A stretch of DNA of 62,681 nucleotides, the filler included. It is 4 parts of 4 records of this genome, joined end to end, with 100 filler letters (N's around TTAATTAATTAA, not from the genome) between each part and the next. Parts side by side here need not be neighbours in the genome. Positions count along the whole stretch, not along the records: positions 17,190 to 46,036 come from SRR22947725_6721; 3 more parts are not named here. One strand, written 5' to 3'. How positions within the stretch are numbered: the stretch's first letter is position 1; each line of letters opens with the position of its first letter. Positions 31,830-42,943 of the stretch are shown here, piece by piece. The translations under genes were made by a program, and so were the position numbers. Under the pieces are notes generated by a model. It saw only the letters and a list, made by a program, of their open reading frames with translations, did no database searches and had not been told where the DNA came from.

Positions 31830-32711
31830 TTGAAGCGAGAAACAGCAGGCGTTTTGGCTATGTTTTTAGCCTGTTCTATTTGGGGGTTCTCTGCGTTTTA
31901 TTACAGTTATATTTCGCAAGTACCACCATTAGAAGTCCTTTCACATCGGACTATCTGGACGTCTGTATTCATTGGTTTAATTTTATTAGCAAGAAGGGGA
32001 TTAGTTGTAATTCCTAAGGAATCATTTTTGCGTGTTTGTTTTGCTGCAATTTTTATAAGTATTAATTGGTTTTTCTTTATTTATGCAGTTCAAATTGGCA
32101 AGGTAGCACAATCAAGTTTAGGCTACTATATTTTTCCATTAGTAGCTGTTGCATTTGGAGCCATTTTCTTAGGTGAACGCTTGAGTCCATCACAATGGTT
32201 TGCAATCAGTTTAGCAGTTATTGCTGTTGTCTTATTAAGTTTTGGAGTTGGAGAGTTTCCATACATTTCAATAATGCTTGCTGTTACATTTGGCTTGTAT
32301 GGACTAGTAAAAAAGCCTTTAACTATTGGCCCTATGAGGTCGGTCTTTTGGGAAGTAGTATGTCTACTCCCGATTGCTTTAATATGGCTAACAGGAACAC
32401 ATTTCTTTGGGTGGCAAGGAATTGTGGGGCGTGATGGTGGTTTCTTTGGAAGTGAAATTAAAGTGAGTATAGCCCTAATATTTACAGGAATTTTAACTGG
32501 AGTACCTTTGATACTTATGGCATTTGCAATGGAAAGATTAAGGTTGGCTACTGTTGGTTTAGTCCAATATGTAAATCCTACATTGCAATTCCTACTAGCA
32601 ACATTCATTTTCTTTGAGCCAATAGGTAGGATACATTTGATAGCATTCGGTTTAATTTGGACAGGTTTAGGAATATATTCTTACTATGCTATCCGTCATG
32701 AGAGAGCTTGA
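31830..32711 (+). CDS. rarD: EamA family transporter RarD
   Basis: EVLSHRTIW, SLGYYIFPL, QYVNPTLQF; TTG start. Confidence 0.9.
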   Translation: MKRETAGVLAMFLACSIWGFSAFYYSYISQVPPLEVLSHRTIWTSVFIGLILLARRGLVVIPKESFLRVCFAAIFISINWFFFIYAVQIGKVAQSSLGYYIFPLVAVAFGAIFLGERLSPSQWFAISLAVIAVVLLSFGVGEFPYISIMLAVTFGLYGLVKKPLTIGPMRSVFWEVVCLLPIALIWLTGTHFFGWQGIVGRDGGFFGSEIKVSIALIFTGILTGVPLILMAFAMERLRLATVGLVQYVNPTLQFLLATFIFFEPIGRIHLIAFGLIWTGLGIYSYYAIRHERA

Positions 32712-33256
32712 ATTAATTTAGTTTCCATCTCATCAATAGTGTTCACAATTGAATAAAAATTTTTATTATTAGATTGTACAAACCCTTCTGAAATTTGGTT
32801 CTCAATTAATTTCAAAAGTGGACCCCAATAACCGTTTACATTAAATATAAAACATGGTTTGGAGTGCAATCCTAATTGTCGCCAAGTTATCAATTCAAAA
32901 AATTCATCCAAGCTTCCAAACCCTCCCGGTAAAAGGATAAAAGCATCAGAATTTAACACCATTATTTTTTTTCTTTCGTGCATATTTTCAGTAATTATAA
33001 AAGTGTCTATATCTGTTTTGCCAATTTCTTGTTCAAGAAGGTGTTTTGGTATAACTCCAAATACTTCTGCATTCCCTGATTGAGCAGAATTTGCAACTTC
33101 ACCCATTAACCCAACGTTTCCTGCGCCATATACTAAGCGCATACCATTACGCGCAATCATATTTCCGGTGTCAGTGGCTGCTTGTAAATAACTAGATTTT
33201 ATACCATCACGGTGTGCGCAATAGACACATATGGATTTTTTGCGTTGTAAATTCAT
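32696..33256 (-). CDS. LOG family (TIGR00730) nucleotide phosphoribohydrolase
   Basis: LVYGAG, MHERK, PGGFGSLDE. Confidence 0.92.
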   Translation of the reverse strand: MNLQRKKSICVYCAHRDGIKSSYLQAATDTGNMIARNGMRLVYGAGNVGLMGEVANSAQSGNAEVFGVIPKHLLEQEIGKTDIDTFIITENMHERKKIMVLNSDAFILLPGGFGSLDEFFELITWRQLGLHSKPCFIFNVNGYWGPLLKLIENQISEGFVQSNNKNFYSIVNTIDEMETKLIQALS

Positions 33257-33305
33257 TGTTTATACTTACAACTATTATTAAGTACCGCCAAGGGGGCAAA
33301 AGAAT

Positions 33306-34613
33306 ATGAACGCTAAAAAAACTGAGATCCTAAAATTAAAGGAATCTTCACGTGTCAAAATAACATTTGGAAATCGTTCAGAAGATAAAGTTATTCTTTC
33401 TTTTGCAGCTGCATTTGCAGTTTTAGCAATATTTTTTATTGTAATGGAAACTGTAGATGAAGATAATCTTGATATTGTAAAAGTTGAGGTGAATGAAACT
33501 GTTTCCAATGAGGCAGGGCCTGCAGAGGTGAAATCAATTGACCATAAAGAAATACCTTCAGTTAAAGGCAGTATAGGTACCAAAGAAGAAATAAACAAAT
33601 CTGAAGAAGTGCCCACCACTAAAGGAGAGGTGGTTGAAAGTGTAGAGTTGCCTGTCACCAAAAAAGAAGCGTCTACAGTTGTAGCGGAGCCAATTGCTAA
33701 AGATAATGTGACTACAGAGAAAGAAGAGCCAGTTATTAAAGATAAGGTGACTTCGTCCGAAGAAGAGGCAGCTACTATGGAAGAGACATTGGTAGTTACT
33801 GAAGAAAATATAATAGCAGAGACTGAAGCTGTAATTGAAAATAATCCAGCATTTGATTTAGTAAGAGTAGATGAAGATGGATCTGCAATTATTGCAGGTT
33901 CAGCTAAGCCTAATAGTGAGGTAAGATTGTTGGTAGACGGAAAAGAGTTGGAGACTGCTGAAACTGATGCCTCAGGAGCTTTTGCTATATTAACCACGAT
34001 CCCTTCTGGTGAAAAACCACTTGAATTACAATTAGAAGATGTAAATGACAGCAGCATTAAATCTGCTGATACAGTCTTGATAATCCCAAATAAAGAGGCT
34101 GAAGGGAGTGGCCCAAAAATTATTATTGCTGAATCTGATGGTAAGATTATTGTTCAAGAACAAAACGATATAGCTCCAAAGATTCAACCTCTTTCATTAG
34201 ATACAATTAACTATGCTGCCAGTGGCGATGTAATTCTTGCTGGTAGGGCATCATCTGAGCAGATAGTTCGGGTATATGTTGATAATAAACCAGTTGTTTT
34301 AGGAGAAGTTACTGATGGAAAGTGGAACTTTGAAATACCTAACATTGAAGAAGGTATTTATACGCTAAGAGTTGATGCAATCAATAATGAAGGTAAAGTT
34401 GTAGATCGTGTAGAGAGTCCTTTCCAACGTGTAATTCGTGAAATGGAAGATGGTCAGGCCACAATACAACCTGGCTTTACGCTATGGAAGTTAGCAGAAT
34501 TAAAATATGGCTTCGGTATGAGATATGTTCAAATTTTTGAAGCTAACCGAGATTCAATAAAAGACCCAGATTTAATTTATCCAGGTCAAGTGTTCCAAAT
34601 ACCTGAAAAATAA
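33306..34613 (+). CDS. Membrane-anchored LysM peptidoglycan-binding protein with Ig-like domains
   Basis: TM, acidic linker, FDLVRVD...IAG, C-terminal LysM IFEANRDSIKDPDLIYPGQVF. Confidence 0.88.
   Translation: MNAKKTEILKLKESSRVKITFGNRSEDKVILSFAAAFAVLAIFFIVMETVDEDNLDIVKVEVNETVSNEAGPAEVKSIDHKEIPSVKGSIGTKEEINKSEEVPTTKGEVVESVELPVTKKEASTVVAEPIAKDNVTTEKEEPVIKDKVTSSEEEAATMEETLVVTEENIIAETEAVIENNPAFDLVRVDEDGSAIIAGSAKPNSEVRLLVDGKELETAETDASGAFAILTTIPSGEKPLELQLEDVNDSSIKSADTVLIIPNKEAEGSGPKIIIAESDGKIIVQEQNDIAPKIQPLSLDTINYAASGDVILAGRASSEQIVRVYVDNKPVVLGEVTDGKWNFEIPNIEEGIYTLRVDAINNEGKVVDRVESPFQRVIREMEDGQATIQPGFTLWKLAELKYGFGMRYVQIFEANRDSIKDPDLIYPGQVFQIPEK
33687..33764 (+). repeat. Degenerate 39-bp tandem duplication in the LysM protein linker
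   Basis: EPIAKDNVTTEKE / EPVIKDKVTSSEE; GAGCCA at 33687 and 33726. Confidence 0.6.
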
Positions 34614-34694
34614 TATTCACAAAGTTTAGTTTGAATTAACTAGTCAAGTTTGAAGCATAATACTATGTTAAGACTTCAACGGAGATTAATTACA

Positions 34695-36518
34695 TTGAGA
34701 CCCACTACTTCATCAGCAAATTTGAAAAGCGGACAAGCAATGAACGTGATCAAATCTGTTTTACCATATTTATGGCCAAAATCGCGAAAAGATATACAAT
34801 TTAGAGTTGTTCTTGCAATGATGGCATTAGTACTTGGTGAAATACTAGGATTACTGGCACCATACTTTTATGGAGTATCTGTTGATGCCCTTGCTCCGGG
34901 AGCGGATGAAGATCAAACTATATTTATGTTGACTGCAGGTGCACTCGGCATGGTTGTAGCTTATGGCTTTATGCGCATTTTGTCAGTTGGATTTAGTCAA
35001 CTTAGAGACGTGATATTTGCACAAGTAGGTCAGCGTGCTCTACGCCAACTAGCTTTAGAGACATTTAGGCATATGCATCGATTATCTCTCAGGTATCACA
35101 TTACACGCAAGACTGGTGGATTAAGTAGAGTAATGGAGCGTGGTGTTAAGGGGGTAGAGTTTTTATTAAGGTTTATGCTTTTCTCAATTGGGCCACTAAT
35201 TCTTAAATTGTTGATTGTTGCAGGTATTTTTTATCTAGAGTTTGGTTTTATCTATATGGCAATCGTTTTGATTACGATTGTCTTATATATTTGGTTTACT
35301 TTTTCCGTCACTGAGTGGCGGGTGAAAGTACGTAAAGAAATGAATGATAAAGATACTGATGCTAATCAAAAAGCTATTGATAGTTTATTGAATTTTGAAA
35401 CAGTAAAATACTTTGGTGCTGAAGAAAGAGAAGCGCTAAGATACGATGAAAGTATGCGAGGTTATGAAGCTGCTGCATTGAAGACCAGTTATTCATTAGC
35501 TTTTTTAAATTTTGGGCAAACACTCCTTATTACTGGGGGATTAATTACAGTAATGATATTGGCTGCTATGGCTGTTCAAAAGGGAGAATTGAGCGTTGGC
35601 GATTTTGTTATGGCAAATGCCTATATGATTCAAATAACAATGCCTTTGGGATTTCTGGGAACAGTATATCGTGAAATTCGACAAGCATTAGTTGATATGG
35701 GCGAGATGTTTGATCTTCTTGGTCAACCTCAAGAAGTAATTGATGTGGCAAATGCCGAAGATTTAAATATTACAGGTGGCCAAATTGAATTTGATAACGT
35801 TACATTTGGCTATGACCCAGAAAGAACTATACTATCCAAATTATCTTTGAAAATAAAAAAAGGTGAGACTGTTGCCATCGTGGGGCCGTCTGGCTCTGGC
35901 AAATCAACCATTGGGCGTCTTCTTTTTAGATTTTATGATGTAAATTCTGGAAGTTTGAAAATTGATGGACAAGATATTCGTGACGTAACGCAAGCATCTG
36001 TTCATAACTCTATAGGGATTGTTCCGCAGGATACTGTTCTGTTTAACGATACTATTGGATATAATATTGCTTATGGTCGGGATGGCGCGTCGGAAGATGA
36101 AATAATAGCTGCTGCCAAGTCAGCAAAAATACACGATTTTATAATTAGTTTAACTGATGGTTATAATACAACTGTTGGCGAAAGAGGATTAAAGTTATCT
36201 GGAGGAGAAAAGCAAAGAGTAGGTATTGCACGTACTTTGTTAAAAAATCCTCCTATATTAGTATTGGATGAAGCAACCTCTGCCTTAGATACAGAAACTG
36301 AAAGAAACATCCAAGATAGTTTACGTGGATTAGGTTCAGGAAGATCTGTTATAACGATTGCTCACCGTTTATCGACAGTCGTTGATGCTGATCAGATTAT
36401 TGTTTTGGAACAAGGTAGCATTGTTGAAAAAGGCACACATGACGAGCTTTTAAATCTTAATGGTCGGTATGCTAAAATGTGGCATATACAAGAGTCAGAA
36501 GCGGAGCTGGCAGTTTAA
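34695..36518 (+). CDS. ABCB half-transporter, Atm1/HMT1-like
   Basis: TMD + NBD, DSLLNFETVKYF, GPSGSGKS, LSGGEKQR; TTG 34695 after GGAG (start uncertain). Confidence 0.92.
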   Translation: MRPTTSSANLKSGQAMNVIKSVLPYLWPKSRKDIQFRVVLAMMALVLGEILGLLAPYFYGVSVDALAPGADEDQTIFMLTAGALGMVVAYGFMRILSVGFSQLRDVIFAQVGQRALRQLALETFRHMHRLSLRYHITRKTGGLSRVMERGVKGVEFLLRFMLFSIGPLILKLLIVAGIFYLEFGFIYMAIVLITIVLYIWFTFSVTEWRVKVRKEMNDKDTDANQKAIDSLLNFETVKYFGAEEREALRYDESMRGYEAAALKTSYSLAFLNFGQTLLITGGLITVMILAAMAVQKGELSVGDFVMANAYMIQITMPLGFLGTVYREIRQALVDMGEMFDLLGQPQEVIDVANAEDLNITGGQIEFDNVTFGYDPERTILSKLSLKIKKGETVAIVGPSGSGKSTIGRLLFRFYDVNSGSLKIDGQDIRDVTQASVHNSIGIVPQDTVLFNDTIGYNIAYGRDGASEDEIIAAAKSAKIHDFIISLTDGYNTTVGERGLKLSGGEKQRVGIARTLLKNPPILVLDEATSALDTETERNIQDSLRGLGSGRSVITIAHRLSTVVDADQIIVLEQGSIVEKGTHDELLNLNGRYAKMWHIQESEAELAV

Positions 36519-36548
36519 TGCCAGTCTCTATTCAAAATAATTATTAGA

Positions 36549-39500
36549 TTAGCGTGCAATGGATTTGAGCCTAAAAAGCCTTGTAAATCCAGCATAGGCA
36601 CCTTTGCTAACCCAAACTCTTAGTGCTAGCAATGATGGTGTCAGAACAAGTGTTAAAACAGTTGCAATTCCTAGTCCAAAAACTACAGCAGTTGCGAGCT
36701 GTTTCCACCAGAGCGCAGTTGGCTGATCGATAAAATATCCACCATTTATAAAATCAATTGAAATGCCTAGCATCATTGGTGTTAAACCAGCCATAGTCGT
36801 TATTGTAGTTAAAAGAACAGGTCGAATTCTGGCTTGTGCAGTTTTTGAAATAGCTTCAAGTGCTGGCATGTTTTTTGAATACTCTTGATAAGTATCAATC
36901 AAGACAATGTTATTATTAACAACAATTCCTGCTAAAGCTACAATCCCTGTTCCAGTCATAATAACGCTAAATGCTTGGTTCATAACTAACATTCCGATTA
37001 AAACTCCTGCAGTTGAAAGAACAACGGCTATTAAAACAAGTGCTGAGTTATAAAATGAATTAAATTGTGCCAACAAGATTACAAACATTAATCCTAGAGC
37101 GCCAAGAAAGGCTTTGCCCAGAAATGCTGAACTTTCTGCTTGCTCTTCTTGATCGCCTTTCCATTCCCATTCAATTCCATTTGGTAAGCGTTCTTCTTCT
37201 TCTAACCATTTTGTTATTTCTGCAATTTTTTCGCCAGCATTAATTCCTTCTGCTACATCGGCTTTAATATCAAAATACCTTTTGCTATCATCACGATCGA
37301 TTTGCCCAAGTTTCTCAACTGGTCTTAAAGTGATGAAGTTTGATATTGGAATTAAGCCAGAGTTCGTTCTAACGCGTAATGTTTCTAGTGTAGAAAGAAG
37401 TCTATCTTTTTTTGGAAGTCGTACGCGAATATCAATATCTTCATCAGACGTATCTACAGTCATATCCCCAAGTTTTAGACCACGTGTAACAAGCTGTACC
37501 ATTGCTCCAACTTGTGCAACATCCGCTTTGTATCTTCCTGCTTTTTCAACATCAACATCTACTTGCCAATCTATACCAGGAAGTGGCCTTGTATCTTCAA
37601 TTTTAATTGGACCATCAATCGTTTCATAATGATCGCGAACAATTCCTGCTGCTGTTTTTAAGTCGTCAAAATTTGATCCTTTAACTCTAAGAGTTAATGG
37701 CTTGCCAGAAGCAGGACCTTGAGCGAGTTCTAAGATTTCCACCTGAACACCAGGAACATCTGCAATTCTTGCCTCTACTGCTTTAAGTATATCAAAACCT
37801 GATGGTGAGCCTTGCCGTGCTTCCCAAGGTGTAGTTTCAATTTGGATTTGCCCAATTGTATCAAGTGGAGCAGTGGCTCCACCAGTGTTATTATCCAACC
37901 CACCATCTCCAGCAAATGCAAATGCACTTTGTATGCCGTCGATGTCCTTGATTAAACCTTCAACGTTTTCAACTAGTATATCTTTTTCAGCTAGAGATAA
38001 ATTTCCTCGGGCACGCACATAAACTATGGCGTTCTCTGGCTCTGTGGTCACAAAGAATTCAACACCATTATTATTTTTTCCAAAAACAGAGAAAACTGTT
38101 ATTAAGAAGAATATTGTTAATCCTATCATTACAGCTGGCATGTACCATTTATTAACAATTAAAGTAATCAGACGTGCATAAAGGTTTGGCTTTAAAGCCT
38201 TATTACTTTTTGAAATGGATTTCAAAGAACTTGTTGTGGCTGAAGTAGCCATGCATCCAGTAAAAAATAATAGTGCACCAATAATAGCAATGCCATTTAC
38301 CAATTGAATTACACCGGCAAAAATGACTGCAATTGATACGATTACTAATAATAAGCGCACTATGAGTTTTGAATTATTTCTCAAACTGTTAGAAATGTTC
38401 TCTAAAATACGTGTTAATCTTCCAGCTACTCCACCAATTACGGGAAGATAAATAAGCGCAACAAGTAATGAAGCTGATAATACGTATATTAATGTTATGG
38501 GTAACATTCTCATAAATTCGCCAGGCACGCCTGGCCAAAATAACATTGGTAAAAATGCACATAATGTAGTTGCTGTTGAGGAAACGATGGGCCAAAACAT
38601 TCTCTTGGCAGCCGAGCCATATGCTTCCATTGGGCCAGTGCCTTCAGCTATACGTTTATCTGCATATTCGACAACAACTATGGCACCATCAACTAACATC
38701 CCTACAGCGAGTATTAATCCAAACATTACCATATTAGAGATTGTAATTCCGGATATTCCCATTAGGGCAAAGGCTAAAAGGAAAGATGTGGGGATTGCAA
38801 AGCCAACAAGAAGGGCAGAGCGAATTCCCAGCGCAGCTAAAACGACAATCATAACCAGAGCAATGGCGGTCAAAACTGAACCTTCAAGTTGGCTTACCAT
38901 ATCAGAAACTTGTCTAGATTGATCAGATGAAAAATCTATTGTTATTGCGTCCCTAAGTTCGGGCTCCCATTCAGAAATTATTTGTTCTACTTTAGCTTTC
39001 ACTAAACTAACTGTGCTTATTAAGTTTACACCTTTTCGTTTGATTATTTGCAATGTAACAGTTGTTTCACCATTAAATCGAGCCGTGCCAACTCTATCTT
39101 CAAATGTTAGCCTAATATCTGCCAGATCTTCGAGTGTAATAACTCTGTTACCGTTAACTTTTACTGGTAAATTATAGACATCTTTTGGTTCATTGAACGA
39201 CGAAGGTATCTTAATAGCAAAGGCTCCTGCTTCGTTTTCTATCTCACCAGCAGCAATTAATAAGTTATTATTTGTGACGACACTAATCAATTCACCCGCT
39301 GTAACATTGTAAGCTTCAAGCTTTAATGGATCGATCAAAACTTCCAACATTTCATCACGCTGGCCAGCTAATCCGACTTCCAGAACCTCAGTCATGGATT
39401 CTATTCTATCCTGCAGGTTTTTTGCTACTCTGGTCATTGTTCTTTCAGGTAACTGCCCTGACATTGAAACAACTAATATTGGGAACCTTGAAAAATTAAT

Positions 39501-39893
39501 TTCATTTATTGAGTACTGGTCAGCACCGTCTGGAAACTCAGCTTGAGCTTGATTTGCTTTATCGCGGACATCTGCAATTGTAGCAGATTTATCCCAACCA
39601 AATTCAAACTCAAGTGCTACACCACCATATCCTTCTGAAGCAGTTGATGACATGGTTTTTAAACCATTTATGTCACGCAACTTATTTTCTAATGGTTTTA
39701 CAATTAACTTTTCACTGTCTTCCGCAGATATTCCAGGGAAAGGTACTGAAACAAATAATGCAGGAATATCAATATCTGGCTCACCTTCTTTTGGTAATCC
39801 TGTGTACGCTAAGATACCTGCTGCAAGAGACATTGCCACAAATACTAAAATCATTCGGGCTCTGTCGGTAGCCCAGTCAATCATTCCAGTCAT
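36549..39893 (-). CDS. RND efflux permease (AcrB/AcrD/AcrF family)
   Basis: GMLVDGAIVVVE, GIVVNNNIVLID, RIRPVLLT. Confidence 0.95.
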   Translation of the reverse strand: MTGMIDWATDRARMILVFVAMSLAAGILAYTGLPKEGEPDIDIPALFVSVPFPGISAEDSEKLIVKPLENKLRDINGLKTMSSTASEGYGGVALEFEFGWDKSATIADVRDKANQAQAEFPDGADQYSINEINFSRFPILVVSMSGQLPERTMTRVAKNLQDRIESMTEVLEVGLAGQRDEMLEVLIDPLKLEAYNVTAGELISVVTNNNLLIAAGEIENEAGAFAIKIPSSFNEPKDVYNLPVKVNGNRVITLEDLADIRLTFEDRVGTARFNGETTVTLQIIKRKGVNLISTVSLVKAKVEQIISEWEPELRDAITIDFSSDQSRQVSDMVSQLEGSVLTAIALVMIVVLAALGIRSALLVGFAIPTSFLLAFALMGISGITISNMVMFGLILAVGMLVDGAIVVVEYADKRIAEGTGPMEAYGSAAKRMFWPIVSSTATTLCAFLPMLFWPGVPGEFMRMLPITLIYVLSASLLVALIYLPVIGGVAGRLTRILENISNSLRNNSKLIVRLLLVIVSIAVIFAGVIQLVNGIAIIGALLFFTGCMATSATTSSLKSISKSNKALKPNLYARLITLIVNKWYMPAVMIGLTIFFLITVFSVFGKNNNGVEFFVTTEPENAIVYVRARGNLSLAEKDILVENVEGLIKDIDGIQSAFAFAGDGGLDNNTGGATAPLDTIGQIQIETTPWEARQGSPSGFDILKAVEARIADVPGVQVEILELAQGPASGKPLTLRVKGSNFDDLKTAAGIVRDHYETIDGPIKIEDTRPLPGIDWQVDVDVEKAGRYKADVAQVGAMVQLVTRGLKLGDMTVDTSDEDIDIRVRLPKKDRLLSTLETLRVRTNSGLIPISNFITLRPVEKLGQIDRDDSKRYFDIKADVAEGINAGEKIAEITKWLEEEERLPNGIEWEWKGDQEEQAESSAFLGKAFLGALGLMFVILLAQFNSFYNSALVLIAVVLSTAGVLIGMLVMNQAFSVIMTGTGIVALAGIVVNNNIVLIDTYQEYSKNMPALEAISKTAQARIRPVLLTTITTMAGLTPMMLGISIDFINGGYFIDQPTALWWKQLATAVVFGLGIATVLTLVLTPSLLALRVWVSKGAYAGFTRLFRLKSIAR

Positions 39894-41080
39894 TATTGAG
39901 AAACCTTATATGATACTTTTATATTTGAATTATCTGTGACATATTCTTGCCCAACAATTATCACGTCTACTGAATTTGGAAGGCCTGTAACCCAAACGCC
40001 TTCTTCAGCATCTCTTATGATATTTATAGGAATAAACTTAGCTTTATCATCCAAGGCAATTCTTACTCCAAGCACTCCAGAACTGTTTAAAGTAAGTGAT
40101 GATTGTGGAAGCAAATGTCCTTTTGCCCCAGCTAGTGATATGTAAATATCTGCTGTTGAACCTTCTCGAATTTCATAATTCTCATTTGGAACAGTGGTCT
40201 CAACAAGGAAAGTACGTGTGGTAGGATCTGCTGACCTAGAAATAAAACTTACCGTTCCCGATACTGTATCGCCACTTATCAATCTTGCACCAGCCGTTGT
40301 ATTAACTTCTATTTTGGATACTTGAGTTTCGGTTGCATAACCTATTAATTTGATAGGATTGAGCGCTAAAAGTGTGCCACAAGGAGCGCCGGTTTGCATA
40401 AAATCACCGTATTCGGCCGTGTCTGACTCTAATAGTCCGTCAAATGGGGCAATAATCTTTGTATTATTTAATTCGGTAGTCGCTCGATTTATTCTTGCTT
40501 CGACATTCGCAACAGCTTGTCGTTTGCTTAGTGATTGTGTTTCTGCACTAGAGGCAGACAACTCAGCGGCTTCAACGGCTGCTTCAGTTCCAACTCCTCG
40601 TTTTAGTAAAGATTTTTGGCGTTCTGCAGCTTGGACACGTAATTCATATTGATGTATTGAGGCATCTAATTCATCTAGAGAAAGAGCTAGAGCTACCTTT
40701 GCTTCTGACAACACATCTGATTTTGTACCTACTTCAAGTTCACACAGAAGTTCACCATTTTTTACAAATGTACCTTTTCGTATAGGTTGTGAAATAACTG
40801 AACCTGATGTTTCAGCTTTAACTTGCACTGATTTAAATGCTTCTGTTTGACCGCGCAGTAAAATGCCATTAGTTACTTCTTGCTCATTTGATTTTTGAAC
40901 CAAAACAGAAACAGCTTTTTGCTTGTTGATCTTCTTTTCTTTTATTTCAGGGGATATTTCGTTGGTTTCTTCTATTATAACATCCTGAGTATTTAAGTAT
41001 GCATTAAGATCATTTCTAAATATAAATCCTGCAATCCCTGCGCAAACTATGATTGCTATAATTATTGATGAAATACGCAT
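39893..41080 (-). CDS. RND periplasmic adaptor (membrane fusion protein)
   Basis: N-terminal TM, IIAPFDG, ADPTTRTF. Confidence 0.92.
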   Translation of the reverse strand: MRISSIIIAIIVCAGIAGFIFRNDLNAYLNTQDVIIEETNEISPEIKEKKINKQKAVSVLVQKSNEQEVTNGILLRGQTEAFKSVQVKAETSGSVISQPIRKGTFVKNGELLCELEVGTKSDVLSEAKVALALSLDELDASIHQYELRVQAAERQKSLLKRGVGTEAAVEAAELSASSAETQSLSKRQAVANVEARINRATTELNNTKIIAPFDGLLESDTAEYGDFMQTGAPCGTLLALNPIKLIGYATETQVSKIEVNTTAGARLISGDTVSGTVSFISRSADPTTRTFLVETTVPNENYEIREGSTADIYISLAGAKGHLLPQSSLTLNSSGVLGVRIALDDKAKFIPINIIRDAEEGVWVTGLPNSVDVIIVGQEYVTDNSNIKVSYKVSQ

Positions 41081-41294
41081 GATAAACTCCGATATTTAGT
41101 AGCCAAATTATTGAAATAAATAATAATTCTAGATTCGTGCACTCTTTACGCCTTAATAACGTCCCTTACAACTAGAGCGTGAAGAAGATTTTTCCAGCCT
41201 AATCGTAGACTTATTCTATTGGGTTATTATTCAGTCTCGTATTCTGAGAAATAATGCTTTATTAAATAATTTAAAGACAAACGCATAGGAACTG

Positions 41295-42167
41295 ATGGAT
41301 ATGTCAACAATTTCAAAAAAAATAGGTGTGACAGATGCTGAGCAATCAAAAGATATTTTGAATGTTCGAAAAATTATGACTGTTCCTGATTTCCGGGCAC
41401 GTAAAGGGACTCAACCACTTGTTTGTTTAACCGCCTATACAGCGCATGTAGCCCATTTGGTTGATGCTGAGGCAGATATGATCCTAGTTGGGGATAGTCT
41501 TGGAATGGTTATTCACGGTATGCCAAATACTCTAGGTGTAACAATCGAGCATATGATTATGCATGGTCAAGCAGTTGTACGTGGCGCACAAAAAGCATTA
41601 GTGATAGTTGATATGCCCTTTGGAAGTTACGAAGAAAGTCCAGAGGTTGCATTTCGAAACGCTAGTAGAATTATAAAAGAAACAGGATGTACGGCAGTAA
41701 AGCTTGAAGGTGGACAAGAAATGGCTTCCACTATTCAACATTTAGCCGCACGTGGAATTCCTGTAATGGCGCATGTGGGGTTAATGCCTCAACAAATGAA
41801 TACTGCTGGCGGTTTTAAAGCCGTTCGAGACGAGGATTCCTGGCAAGCGGTCATATTAGACGCAAAAGCAGTTGAAGCGGCTGGTGCATTTTCTGTTGTG
41901 ATCGAAGGGGTAGCAGAAGAACTTGCGCAAAAAATTACAAAAAGTATTCAAATACCAACAATTGGAATAGGAGCATCTGCGCATTGTGATGGCCAAATTT
42001 TAGTTTTTGAAGATATGATTGGATTATTTCCACGTGTTCCGACTTTTGTTAAAAGGTATGGAAATATGGAAGAAATGATGATTAATGCAATAAACAGATA
42101 TTCATCAGAGGTTCGGGACCGTAGTTTTCCCGCAGCTGAACATACATATAAACCAAAAAAAAACTGA
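41295..42167 (+). CDS. panB: 3-methyl-2-oxobutanoate hydroxymethyltransferase
   Basis: LTAY, LVGDSLG, DMPFGSY, VKLEGG, PTIGIGA, DGQILV. Confidence 0.96.
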   Translation: MDMSTISKKIGVTDAEQSKDILNVRKIMTVPDFRARKGTQPLVCLTAYTAHVAHLVDAEADMILVGDSLGMVIHGMPNTLGVTIEHMIMHGQAVVRGAQKALVIVDMPFGSYEESPEVAFRNASRIIKETGCTAVKLEGGQEMASTIQHLAARGIPVMAHVGLMPQQMNTAGGFKAVRDEDSWQAVILDAKAVEAAGAFSVVIEGVAEELAQKITKSIQIPTIGIGASAHCDGQILVFEDMIGLFPRVPTFVKRYGNMEEMMINAINRYSSEVRDRSFPAAEHTYKPKKN

Positions 42168-42232
42168 ACTGACTGGAATTGATATCATATTCAGTTTAAA
42201 TGAACTTAACAATAGTATTTGGAGGCTCTCAA

Positions 42233-42877
42233 GTGAGTAACACAGACGGTTTTATCGAGGAAGTATCAGAAGAAGTACGCAAGGATAAGTTATTTGCATT
42301 ATACAAAAAATATGCATGGATTCCTGTAGTAGTTATTTGTAGCCTAGTAGGTGGCGCTGGATTTTTGGAATATCAAAAATCTGCAAAAGCAAACGCTGCT
42401 TCTGCGCGCGGGGATGCTTTAATCGCTGCGCTTAACCAAGACGACGCAAGCATCCGTGCTTCAGAACTAGCATTAATTTCTGAAAATGGTGGAGATGAAG
42501 CTCCAATTGCTAAATTGCATCGAGCAGGTGTTCTTTTAGAGCAAGATGACATAGCTGGATCTCTTGCTGAATATGACTCCATGAGTGATGGAGATGATAT
42601 TTATTCTCAAGTTGCAATGCTCAAGGCAATTATGATCCGTGGAAATAAAATGGATAATGAAACTAGAATGCAAGCGCTTGATGCCATTGCTACACCCGGC
42701 AATGCTTTTAGGGTAATTGCCATGGAGCAGAAGGCAATTGCTTATATTGATATGGGAAATTCTGACAAAGCCATTGAAATATTTTCAACTTTAATTGAAG
42801 AGGCGGATGTTTCCCAAGCTTTGATTGCTAGAAGCAAACAAATGATTTTAGCCCTTGGGGGTGAATTGGCCAATTAG
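42233..42877 (+). CDS. YfgM-like TPR membrane protein (DUF2659)
   Basis: DGFIEEVSEEVRKD, TM, helical repeats; GTG after GGAGG; upstream of bamB-der. Confidence 0.85.
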   Translation: MSNTDGFIEEVSEEVRKDKLFALYKKYAWIPVVVICSLVGGAGFLEYQKSAKANAASARGDALIAALNQDDASIRASELALISENGGDEAPIAKLHRAGVLLEQDDIAGSLAEYDSMSDGDDIYSQVAMLKAIMIRGNKMDNETRMQALDAIATPGNAFRVIAMEQKAIAYIDMGNSDKAIEIFSTLIEEADVSQALIARSKQMILALGGELAN

Positions 42878-42943
42878 GTTATTTTGTACTTTTAAAATAT
42901 ATATTTAATGTAGAATCTGTTTTGTGCTTGAGGATTAAATGCC

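Noticed and set aside
33278..34057. 259-aa Ser/Thr-rich minus-strand ORF
   Set aside because: Antisense of the Glu-rich LysM gene; composition is a codon mirror
41160..41294. Possible riboswitch or pan RNA motif upstream of panB
   Set aside because: Only a weak AT-rich hairpin; no recognisable conserved structure
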